64,000 bases of DNA, taken from the NCBI GenBank assembly GCA_963691875.1, contig OY829846.1, positions 3,104,001 to 3,168,000 of the forward strand, given 5' to 3'. Below the pieces are notes generated by a model. It saw nothing but the letters and a program-made list of their open reading frames with translations, was not told the origin of the DNA and made no database searches. The translations under genes and the position numbers were made by a program. Positions 32,155-41,336 of this stretch are shown piece by piece (position 1 is the stretch's first letter; every line of letters starts with the position of its first letter). This stretch comes from Aureliella sp. (GTDB lineage Bacteria > Planctomycetota > Planctomycetia > Pirellulales > Pirellulaceae).

Positions 32155-33867
32155 TTGTCTGGCTCCAACAAGTTGTTGTGGATTCGACCTGAAGAATCGA
32201 ATGGGGATACCACCTTGGCAAGCTTGGTTTCCGAAAGCCAAGAACTCGAGGTCGTCACCAATTTGGCCGAAGCGATTCGCAAGTTAAGCCGGAACCGGTT
32301 TGAAGGTGTATTCTTTGGACATCCTGGCGACCCTTGGTCCGACGTCATCCGGCTCTTTCAAAACGAGCATATTCTAAATGGACTCAAGGATGGTGTCGTG
32401 TTGGTCGATGCGGAAATGCGCATCTCATGGGCCAACGAGTGCTTCAGAAACTGGTCGCATAGCGAATCCCCCGTGGACCAGCATTTCTATACTGCCTTAG
32501 GCAAGTCTGAGATTCTTGGCCCCAACTTCTGCCCTTTCAATACTTCTCTAGCCACCGGCACGCCGAGCTGTAGCAGTCTGATTACGGATCAGAATCGATA
32601 TTTTCAGATTCATGTCGCCCCTCTGATGACCGCAGCAAGCGAAGAAGCATCGCTAGTGGCGACGATGACTGACATCACAGGTGAGATGTTGCAGCAGCAG
32701 AAGTTGGCCGCCATCCATCAAGCAGGTCGACAGCTTACGGACCTGAAGCCAGACGAAATCTTCGCCATGGATACTCAGGCGCGGATCGATCTTCTAAAAG
32801 ACAACATTCGACATTACACCGAAGACTTGCTGGACGTGAGTGTCCTGGAAATTCGCCTACTTGAGCAGTCGAGTCAGAACTTGATGCCCCTTCTAAGTGT
32901 GGGCATCAACCAAGAAGCTGAGAACCGAACGCTTTTCGCACTTCCCAAAGACAACGGTGTCACTGGATACGTTGCCGCAACGGGTAAGAGCTATTTGTGC
33001 GAAGACGCGAGCAAGGATCCGCTTTACCTGGAAGCTATCGATGGTGCAGGCAGTTCGTTGACTGTTCCGCTGATGCTGCACGATCTGGTCATCGGTACCA
33101 TCAACGTGGAGAGCTCCAAGGTGGGAGCCTTCGATGCGGATGACATGCAATTCCTAGAGATCTTTTCGCGTGATGTAGCGGTAGCCCTAAATACTCTTGA
33201 GCTGCTTGTCGCCCAAAAGAACAATGCTGCACAGCAAAGTTTTGAGGCGATACACCGTGCAGTTGCATTGCCGATCGATCGTATTCTCAATGATGCCGTC
33301 AATACTATTGAAAATAACATTGGTCGCGACCCGAGAGTGGTCGAAGGCTTACAGCGCATCTTGCAGAACGCGCGCGACATCCGCACCGTGATTCAATCCA
33401 TTGGGCAACGCATGGCCCCAGCAGAGGCCATTCCCGCAGGCTGTACGGAACAGCTCCATGAAAAGCTGAGAGGGCGCCGAGTTCTGGTCGTTGACTCTGA
33501 GGGCTCGGTGCTCAACGACGCTCACACGCTATTGGAAAAGTTTGGCTGCATCGTCGAAGCAGCTCATTGCGGCGATGAAGCCGTAAATATGTTCCGCAAC
33601 AGTCGGTTAGAAGCTAGCTACGACGCGGTTATTTCCGCTGTGCATTTGCCTGACTACAGCGGCTATCAATTGATGTTGCGACTTTTAAAAGTAACAGACA
33701 TTGTCCCGATGGCACTGATGCAAGGATTTGGCTGGGATCCCGGACACTCCATCGTCAAGGCTCGTGAGGCGGGTCTGCATCCGAAGGCGATCCTATACAA
33801 GCCTCTCAAGCTAGCCCAGTTGCTGAGTGTCGTCGAGTTACTCATCGACGAGAAGACTACTTCATGA
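32155..33867 (+). CDS. PAS-GAF-receiver-like signalling protein
   Basis: PAS (DGVVLVD...WAN), GAF (GVTGYVAATGKSY...SSLTVPL...GTINVES) and a C-terminal REC-like domain with Ala at the phospho-Asp position; start uncertain. Confidence 0.85.
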   Translation: MSGSNKLLWIRPEESNGDTTLASLVSESQELEVVTNLAEAIRKLSRNRFEGVFFGHPGDPWSDVIRLFQNEHILNGLKDGVVLVDAEMRISWANECFRNWSHSESPVDQHFYTALGKSEILGPNFCPFNTSLATGTPSCSSLITDQNRYFQIHVAPLMTAASEEASLVATMTDITGEMLQQQKLAAIHQAGRQLTDLKPDEIFAMDTQARIDLLKDNIRHYTEDLLDVSVLEIRLLEQSSQNLMPLLSVGINQEAENRTLFALPKDNGVTGYVAATGKSYLCEDASKDPLYLEAIDGAGSSLTVPLMLHDLVIGTINVESSKVGAFDADDMQFLEIFSRDVAVALNTLELLVAQKNNAAQQSFEAIHRAVALPIDRILNDAVNTIENNIGRDPRVVEGLQRILQNARDIRTVIQSIGQRMAPAEAIPAGCTEQLHEKLRGRRVLVVDSEGSVLNDAHTLLEKFGCIVEAAHCGDEAVNMFRNSRLEASYDAVISAVHLPDYSGYQLMLRLLKVTDIVPMALMQGFGWDPGHSIVKAREAGLHPKAILYKPLKLAQLLSVVELLIDEKTTS

Positions 33868-33887
33868 GTGCTTGGTTCTAAGCTGCA

Positions 33888-35081
33888 ATGCCCATGCCCT
33901 GGTTCATTCTTTTTGTCGCCCTTTTCGGCAACTGCGGATTCTGGCTGTTCTGGTTCAACCGTGTCAACGCCACTGGAATTCGACGTCCGATTACCAAGGC
34001 GATTGAGAAGCTCATCGTATTCGTCTGCTTCTTGATTCCAGCCCTCATCTTCGCCGCAGAAGGAAACGCAATAACAATTTGGCTCAATCTAATCGACGGC
34101 AGTCTAATTCTACCTGATGCACCCATAGCCACTTACTACGGCGGATTCTGCGTTATCAGCTTTTGTGTGTTAGGCGCTCTTTGGGTCGAGTCGCGTCGTT
34201 CCCTGATGCCTCCCAAGCAATTGATTTCGGAAACGACTGAACTCCACGATGTGCATGCAGTAGTGGGGACTCCAGCGAACAAGGCCACGTCCTGGCTAAT
34301 CCAAGTTCCGGGTAACCAGATCGGTCAACTGAGTGTGACTCGCAAAGAGTTTGCTTTGCCTCGCGCCATTCCTGAGCTGGAAGGATTTCGGATTGCACAC
34401 ATTTCAGACATTCATCTGACAGGTCAGTATCAGTTTACGCACCACGAATTTGTTCTTGATCGCCTGATGGAGCTAGAAGCAGACACCATTCTCATCTCTG
34501 GGGACCTGATTGATCACTATCACTGCCTGTCTCAGTTGGATCAACTGATTGAATCTATGCATGCCAAGTATGGCGTCTATTTCGTCTTCGGAAATCATGA
34601 TCTTCGTTTGAAGGACATGGTAATGCTTTCGCAGCGCATCACAGGTAAGGGAGCGATCGATCTAGGGCTAGAAAATCGCAGCTTCGCCGTAGGTGACGCG
34701 ATTGTTACCTTGTTCGGCAATGAAAGGCCATGGCTCGAAAGACGCTCTGCCGAACAAATTGCAGCTCAACAGGAGGCTGTGGCACCCGATGAAAACCACT
34801 TTCGAATTGGCGTCAGCCACACTCCCGACCAATTCAATTGGGCTCGTCGTTGTCATTGCGACTTGCTTTTTGCGGGTCACACGCACGGCGGGCAAATGCG
34901 GCTACCTGTTCTAGGCTCGTTGCTCTCGCCAAGTCTTTACGGAAGCCGCTACTCGTCAGGTGTTTTCTATCGCCTTCCAACGTTAATGCATGTTTCCCGA
35001 GGAGTTGCAGGAACTCATCCGCTGCGTTGGTTCTGTCCGCCGGAGATCAGTCTCATCACGCTGCGTTGCACCAATTCTTGA
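33888..35081 (+). CDS. Membrane-anchored metallophosphoesterase (YkuE-like)
   Basis: SDIH, GD, GNHD, SHTPD and GHTHGGQ motifs; N-terminal TM helices. Confidence 0.93.
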   Translation: MPMPWFILFVALFGNCGFWLFWFNRVNATGIRRPITKAIEKLIVFVCFLIPALIFAAEGNAITIWLNLIDGSLILPDAPIATYYGGFCVISFCVLGALWVESRRSLMPPKQLISETTELHDVHAVVGTPANKATSWLIQVPGNQIGQLSVTRKEFALPRAIPELEGFRIAHISDIHLTGQYQFTHHEFVLDRLMELEADTILISGDLIDHYHCLSQLDQLIESMHAKYGVYFVFGNHDLRLKDMVMLSQRITGKGAIDLGLENRSFAVGDAIVTLFGNERPWLERRSAEQIAAQQEAVAPDENHFRIGVSHTPDQFNWARRCHCDLLFAGHTHGGQMRLPVLGSLLSPSLYGSRYSSGVFYRLPTLMHVSRGVAGTHPLRWFCPPEISLITLRCTNS

Positions 35082-35110
35082 GACTTGGCTTGCGAGAATA
35101 TCTAACCGGC

Positions 35111-36856
35111 CTAACGATGTGCCTTTTGGAGTTTGTTTTGCGTTCTTTTCCAACCGTGGGCCAAGTCGTTTAGTTCGGTTGTCATCCGATTCGATTCAGC
35201 TGGCGTCCACTGGTAGTCCCCAGGTGTACGCTGGTAGTTTTCGGATGGACGCCGGAGTTTGCTTTGGGCACCGTCGGCTCGACGCAAGCGACCGTGAGTT
35301 CGCAGCAATGACTCACTGTAAAGATGCCCGAAGTCGGATTGCAAGTCATCGAGCAAAGGAATCTCATCTTCAAAACCACGTCCGGCGACCTCGTAAAGCT
35401 CCTCGGCAATTGCTGGGACTTGCTGCATCTTGGCGAAGCTATCTTGCTCTACCGCGAGTGGTTCAGAACTCGCGAGGTGCAAGAACCTGAGCTGTGGAGC
35501 TTCGTAGTAGCTCCGTAGCTCCTCTGAAAGCGACCTCAGCTTTCGATAGGTCGCTTGTGGGTCCGTTGTAAAGCAGAGCCATCGGTCGACGCTGGCGCGA
35601 TGCAAGTACTCATTCGAGCTCGCACTCAGATGCAAACGCTGGTCAGCCTCTGCGGGGTCAAGTGCTGATCCAATACGAAGGCCAAATGCACTGCACTGCA
35701 CTGCTGGCCCTTCGATCCGCTCATCGGCCTGTCGCATGAGCCAACCACGCAATGACAGCCGTAGATTGTCGACTGGGATTGCAAGTGTAAAACGTGTTCC
35801 GCGAGGCTCGAGGTGCCCTGCCGAGATGGCCCCACCAAAGCCCTCGACAAGTTGCCGACAGGTGTTGAGTCCGATACCGGCTTTGCGACTCGATCCATGT
35901 GGCGGCTCGTCAGCATAGGTTTGGCTGTTGATGATACTCATCAAGCTACTGTCCAGACCGCTTCCCTGGTCTTCAACATGCACCAGCAGCCGCGTTCCAG
36001 GGGCACGGGACTGCTCTGCTCGAATGGTAATCTGACTTCCCATCGGGCTTGCCTGGATCGCGTTGGTCACCAGGTTCAATAGAACACGAGAAGCGTGATT
36101 CACGTCCAAATAGACCCGCGGTAATGAGCGTTCCCAGCCGATCCACAGTAGTCGCACGCTGTGGTCCTTCGCGACGGCATCCAACAGAGGCAGCATGAGC
36201 ATTTGCCACTGCTTCGGATAGAATCGCTTTTTGATAGCGATTGCCGAAAGCTGCTCGAGACGTCGGTCAACCAGGATGCCAGCTGCCCAATTGCTGGCCT
36301 GAGCCAGACGTTGGTTGGCAATATCGAGCATGTTGAGTTCGGCATTGGTAACGCCTCCCAAGCCTCTAGCCCGCTCCGAAACCGTGGAAATGAGCTGGCT
36401 CGCCGCAGCAATTGGAGACCGTAAATCATGCGCCGCCTCTGAGATCAGTCTGCGGTACCGTTCTTTGAAGTTTGGTGCTGCGCTGAACTGGGGCCGATAA
36501 ACCTGAGAGAGTCTTTGCCGGTGTAAAACGCTGCTCTCTTGATAGATGCTGTCGTCGTGATCCACAGGCTCGACCAGGTGTACCTTGCCTTCCGAATGCG
36601 CCTCCCCGTACACAGCAACTTCGGTTGATGTTGACCAAACCGATTGAGAGGGAGCGATCTGAAACCCAGGCTTGTCGAAACGCAGGTAATCGGCGTCTTG
36701 CGAACTGTCGATTTGAGTCGATCCCAGTGATGAGCTTACATCAGTGGAACTCGCCGTGGCGCATATCTGCCAGTGACTTTGCGCCTCAAAGATGGCATTA
36801 GTCTCGGGCGATCGCAGCTGTGCAAACTGAATGTTGGAGGATGGGTAGGCGAGCAT
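35111..36856 (-). CDS. Cytoplasmic sensor histidine kinase (orphan)
   Basis: AAHDLRSP H-box, NLVTNAIQA, DQGSG, GIGL, GTRF; no TM segments. Confidence 0.85.
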   Translation of the reverse strand: MLAYPSSNIQFAQLRSPETNAIFEAQSHWQICATASSTDVSSSLGSTQIDSSQDADYLRFDKPGFQIAPSQSVWSTSTEVAVYGEAHSEGKVHLVEPVDHDDSIYQESSVLHRQRLSQVYRPQFSAAPNFKERYRRLISEAAHDLRSPIAAASQLISTVSERARGLGGVTNAELNMLDIANQRLAQASNWAAGILVDRRLEQLSAIAIKKRFYPKQWQMLMLPLLDAVAKDHSVRLLWIGWERSLPRVYLDVNHASRVLLNLVTNAIQASPMGSQITIRAEQSRAPGTRLLVHVEDQGSGLDSSLMSIINSQTYADEPPHGSSRKAGIGLNTCRQLVEGFGGAISAGHLEPRGTRFTLAIPVDNLRLSLRGWLMRQADERIEGPAVQCSAFGLRIGSALDPAEADQRLHLSASSNEYLHRASVDRWLCFTTDPQATYRKLRSLSEELRSYYEAPQLRFLHLASSEPLAVEQDSFAKMQQVPAIAEELYEVAGRGFEDEIPLLDDLQSDFGHLYSESLLRTHGRLRRADGAQSKLRRPSENYQRTPGDYQWTPAESNRMTTELNDLAHGWKRTQNKLQKAHR

Positions 36857-37705
36857 GACAACTTCCTTGCAAGACAGACAGCACTCAACGGAACTATCGG
36901 CATCCGCGCACGGTTGAAGATAGGGGATATGGATAATGCTCGCTGTTTGTCCCGAAGCTGATGGAAACTCAGGATTGTGTTGGTTATTCCGTTTTCTCTC
37001 GTACCTGACTTATTCATGAGCATAATACAACCGACCGGGGCAGCGTTGGCTCAAGGCGAGATCATGTCGCGCGCTAAAAACAAATAGGGCAAGAGCTCAC
37101 GAGAGAAGAGCTCTGATTTCTGCTGGTCAAAACGACCGCTAGTCCGCGGCTACACTTTGCCATTCACTCGGCAGGACCGATCCTCGCTACCGCTAGCTAG
37201 AACGTCGACACGCCGCAACAATCAGTAGATTAGCGTGGAACTGTTTGCGTTCTCCTGGCTATCCAGAACGCGTCGTACCGTTGTCTGGATATCCTAAATA
37301 CTTGCCATCACCCGTAGGTAGAAATACTCTTTGCCTCGCCACCATGATGCTCATCGCGCCCCGGCCCATGTCGACCGTGCTTCTCAGCTTAGCTTTCCTT
37401 GTTGCTCACTTTTCTCCCAGTTGATCCACACAGCCTAGTCCACATTGCATTCAAATGTAATGGGACCATTTACAAGTCTAGGGGCGATTCAGATTTCCAG
37501 ACTAGCTGAACCTGACCACTTCGCTCACGCGATGGATCTCTCGCAACAACCGCGTCTAGCCCCAACGCGGCTGAGACACAAAAGAATCTCACAGTTTTTT
37601 TTCCCCCTGCTGGAGCCCCCACCAAAGCTTTGTCAGGAAAAAGGACTAACCTGTAGAGCACCAGCCTTCCAACATCTTTTTCTGAGCCCCACCAGGGGCA
37701 AGACA

Positions 37706-39151
37706 ATGCAGAGGAAACAAATGCGAAACGCCCTGTTCTTGCTGGTCCTACTGACCTGCAGCCAGATTCTTGAGGCCGATTCTTCACGTCAAATCCGTGC
37801 TGCCACAAAGCCCAACATCATCCTTGTCATGGCGGACGATCAGGGTTGGGGTGACACGGGCTACAACGGACATCCTTTTGTGCAGACTCCTGAGATGGAC
37901 GCGATGGCCAGGGCAGGGTTCGTGCTTGATCGCTTCTATGCCGCGGCACCCGTCTGCTCTCCGACCCGGGCAAGTGTGATGACAGGTCGCAATCCGATTC
38001 GAACCAAAGTCACCAACCACGGTCGTTACATGAGGCCGCATGAGCAGACGATCGCTGAATCACTAAAAGCTGCAGATTATGCCACTGGGATCTTTGGCAA
38101 GGTGCATTTGGGCTCAGGTCAGCCTGAGTCACCCTGTAACCCGTCAGGTATGGGATTCGACGAGTGGGTGGTTGGGCTGAACTTTTTCGACAATGATCCC
38201 TACCTGAGTCGCAATGGAAGAATCGAACATCGAAAAGGCAAAGGCTCGGTGATTGCAATGGACGATGCTTTAGCGTTCTTGAACAAGCATCAAAGAAGCG
38301 AAAAGCCAATCTTTATGGTTGTCTGGTTTCCCTCGCCGCATGATCCGCACCAAGAAATTCCCGATGGTAAGTCGCTGTACGATGAGCGGAAACAAGCGGG
38401 TTATTACCGCGAGATCACTCTGCTCGATCAACAGCTAGGGCGTCTACGCCGAGAACTGCGAAGACTGGATATGGCAGAGAACACCATCCTTTGGTACTGC
38501 AGCGACAATGGAGGACTAAACGAGGCAACCTCAGGCGGACGCAAGCGAAAAGGCAGCATCTATGAAGGAGGTCTTCGCGTCCCTGGAATCATCGAGTGGC
38601 CGGCAGAGAAGCTAAGAGGAAGGACATCCATTCCAACATGGACCTGTGACATCTATCCCACAGTTCTCGCGATGGCTGGAATCGGCTTAGAGCCCGAACA
38701 CCTTTTGGACGGCATCGACATCACTGACATTGTCACTGGCAAGGCAACGATGCGCAGCAAACCGATGGGCTTCTGGCACTTGTTTCAACAAGGACAATCC
38801 ACTTGGAGCGATCGTATTCAAAAGGCGATCATGGAAAAACAAATCGCCGGGGCAGAATTACCCCACGATGCACCTAGAATACAGAAAGACGTTGCGGAGT
38901 TCCCCCAATTTGATGAAGGCAGCGCCAAAGGTCACGCTGCTTGGAATGCCTGGCCTTGGAAACTACACCGCATTAACGGCACGAAGTACGAACTCTACAA
39001 TCTGGCCGATGACCCCATGGAGTCAAAGGATCTGTCGAACGAGACAGACCAGCGGGCTCGAGTCACCCGAATGAAGCAAGAACTAAACAACTGGATGCGT
39101 TCCGTCATGCGAAGCCTCAATGGCAACGATTACCGGCAGCTGGCACTGTGA
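37706..39151 (+). CDS. Sulfatase (formylglycine-dependent)
   Basis: PNIILVMADDQGWGD, CSPTR, GKVH, SDNG, YEGGLRVP; signal peptide from ATG 37706. Confidence 0.95.
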   Translation: MQRKQMRNALFLLVLLTCSQILEADSSRQIRAATKPNIILVMADDQGWGDTGYNGHPFVQTPEMDAMARAGFVLDRFYAAAPVCSPTRASVMTGRNPIRTKVTNHGRYMRPHEQTIAESLKAADYATGIFGKVHLGSGQPESPCNPSGMGFDEWVVGLNFFDNDPYLSRNGRIEHRKGKGSVIAMDDALAFLNKHQRSEKPIFMVVWFPSPHDPHQEIPDGKSLYDERKQAGYYREITLLDQQLGRLRRELRRLDMAENTILWYCSDNGGLNEATSGGRKRKGSIYEGGLRVPGIIEWPAEKLRGRTSIPTWTCDIYPTVLAMAGIGLEPEHLLDGIDITDIVTGKATMRSKPMGFWHLFQQGQSTWSDRIQKAIMEKQIAGAELPHDAPRIQKDVAEFPQFDEGSAKGHAAWNAWPWKLHRINGTKYELYNLADDPMESKDLSNETDQRARVTRMKQELNNWMRSVMRSLNGNDYRQLAL

Positions 39152-39279
39152 AGACAACGACGCAATCTTGGTTTTGGGGCGAGTTTATCTCAGCGACACG
39201 CGAACCTGGGGGCTTTGTCTATGCCCTAGTCATCTAACTTTGTAGTCGCTGACTTGATCCGTTTGGCAGTCCCGGTCAT

Positions 39280-39720
39280 GAAGTCGCCCCAATATCTTAT
39301 CCGCTCTTTTGACCACATAGGCATCGTGTTACCTGGTTGGCTTGTTGGGATCTTGCATGTCAGGGCCATCCGCTTCGAGAACCAATTTCTTGCCGTTCTC
39401 TTCGACGGCAAGGAAAGACTTCACATGAATCCGTTGGTGCTGTCCCCCACGTGCCAACGTATTTCTTTGTTTTTTCGTCATAGCCAACGATGTGGATGCC
39501 TGGAAAGGCCAGCCCTCTCATCTTGGACTCCATCCTCTTGATCAACCAGTAGCCTCCGAGACTCTTGAAAGTCAGAGTGTCCTTATTTTCGATGGGCGGT
39601 TGTCCCGGGCCCGTGACTCCTGAGCTAGACAACCTCCATTTGCCTTCAAACTTGGCCAGCCATTTGTGCTCTTTGCTTGGCTTTGGCGTTTCAGTCAACT
39701 CCTGGGCTTGGGCTTCCCTG
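39280..39720 (-). pseudogene. DUF1579-family pseudogene
   Basis: PKPSKEHKWLAKFEGKW...LGGYWL...GYDEKTKKYVGTW; frameshift near 39445 gives DSTNGFM; frameshift near 39422 gives KSF...NGKKLVLEADGPDM; internal TAA at 39329-39331. Confidence 0.75.
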
Positions 39721-39994
39721 GTAGCTGGCCCACGACTTGGCGAAAAGCCCCAATGCCAACTGAACTGTTCGACGTTCGGCAAAAGTTGGGACCGAACTGG
39801 GAACCGACTTCTGTACCCGGAACGTCGCCTTGGCTCGCGACTCCTGTTTCTGTTGCCCCTGCACCTGATTTGCCTCGCCTGCCTGCTGAACCGCATCTGC
39901 CCAGGGTAGCTGGGCCAGCTATTCCACCGGCGGCTACCAGCCCGTTTGAAAAACGCAGCCGGTAGGCTGGAGAACAACATCGGTCAAAAAGCGA

Positions 39995-40021
39995 AAAGCC
40001 AGCTCCAAAGGAGCTGGCTTT
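39995..40021 (-). terminator. Intrinsic terminator (possibly bidirectional)
   Basis: 12-bp stem AAAGCCAGCTCC-AAA-GGAGCTGGCTTT; TTTTCGCTTTTT tail on the minus strand. Confidence 0.8.
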
Positions 40022-40373
40022 CTTCGTTACATTTCACTTCTTGTGAGAATGCAACGCTGCGTGGGGGGCAGAACTAAACGGGTAGTAGGATCCGAGGCGG
40101 GGACAGCAGTTGGAGGCTAACTGAGGTTACACTGAAGTGGTGAAACCCCAAGCCCAATTGCGAGGGCAGCGAGCATCAGATACTTCAATATATTCATGGC
40201 TGAGATTCTACCGGGACAATTCAGTGAGGAGGCAGCCGGGGCTGTCACCTCCTAAATTAATCCGACTTCCGAAGCACGAAAGGTACTTCGGGAATCAATT
40301 TGCGGGAGAGTGAATCCGGGGCCCTTGCACTTGCGACAGTCGATAAAACCGGCATCGAGCCCGAGTGGATTAC

Positions 40374-41315
40374 TTACTTGGATTGCAGTTGCTTCCAGAC
40401 TTCTTGCAGGCCGTTAAGATTCTGCTGAAGACTTTCTCGTGCGTCAAGCTCGTTGCGGTGGTCGAGAATTCCGATCGGGCCTTGATAGTTCACATCTAGA
40501 ATCCACTGCAAGATTTTCTGATCGAGCTTACCTTCAACCAGTGGCAAAATCTTCGGACCTCCAACCGTCATACCGTTTAGGTTGAGGCACATCAGGTAGG
40601 GACTCATAGACTTCAGCGCCCCGGGGAACTCAGCAAGATCCTCGTGGGCATGGTGGAAATTATAAACTAGCCCAACGTTCTTTAGATCCTTTAATTCCTG
40701 CATAATTGCTACCAGCGTTGATGGCTTCCCTGGCCAATCGCCGTGGTTGTAGAGACCGACGCTGCAGTCTAACTCAGCAGCAGCCTGAGCCAAGTCTCGC
40801 ACTGCATTGCTCGCCGCATTTAAACGCTCTTTGGGATCTTCGATTCGATCCAGGGCACCAGTAGGCAGCATGAACCAGAGTTGAGTCCGCACCTTGTTCT
40901 TTTTCAAAAATTCAAGGATCCGGATGTTACCAGGATGCTTAGAAGGCTCTAAAGAACTGGAGCACCAGAACGCTGTAAGCTCGACGCCTGCTCCCTGAAG
41001 GGCTTTTAGTTCGGAGTCCCATGTTGGCACATGCTCTTCACGCCAGTCGTAAGCAAGTTTCTTTAAGCCCAGCTCTTGTAGCATTTTCGCTCTTGCTTCC
41101 GGCCCGCGCTTCTTGGCATCGAAGGGAACGATGCACCATGCAACCAGATTTTCGGTGCGAAGGTTTACGGGCAGCTCCTGTGCCACTGCCTTCCGAAAAC
41201 ACTGGTGAGTGAAGCAAACAAGTAAGCCAAACATAAGCCCGAATATTCGCTGAAGGATCACTTTGAAGCACCTTAGATTTTGTGAAGGGAAGGCCGGACG
41301 ACTTGTAACTGGCAC
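40374..41315 (-). CDS. Sugar phosphate isomerase/epimerase-like TIM-barrel protein
   Basis: LVAWCIVPFD, YDWR, GLYNHGDW, YNFHHAH, LNLNG, GILDH; signal-like segment, start uncertain. Confidence 0.8.
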   Translation of the reverse strand: MPVTSRPAFPSQNLRCFKVILQRIFGLMFGLLVCFTHQCFRKAVAQELPVNLRTENLVAWCIVPFDAKKRGPEARAKMLQELGLKKLAYDWREEHVPTWDSELKALQGAGVELTAFWCSSSLEPSKHPGNIRILEFLKKNKVRTQLWFMLPTGALDRIEDPKERLNAASNAVRDLAQAAAELDCSVGLYNHGDWPGKPSTLVAIMQELKDLKNVGLVYNFHHAHEDLAEFPGALKSMSPYLMCLNLNGMTVGGPKILPLVEGKLDQKILQWILDVNYQGPIGILDHRNELDARESLQQNLNGLQEVWKQLQSK

Positions 41316-41336
41316 TGCAGCTGTATTCTTGAAAGT

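Noticed and set aside
36857..37705. Gene remnant or ncRNA in the long kinase-sulfatase gap, and the 87-aa N-terminal extension of the sulfatase ORF
   Set aside because: Only weak, stop-interrupted fragments are present. The sulfatase signal peptide begins at ATG 37706, so the extension is not coding.
39360..39980. 206-aa minus ORF and 99-aa Pro-rich plus ORF (39666-39965) as real genes
   Set aside because: The minus ORF is a DUF1579 fragment with non-homologous flanks. The plus ORF has no recognisable motif or convincing start.
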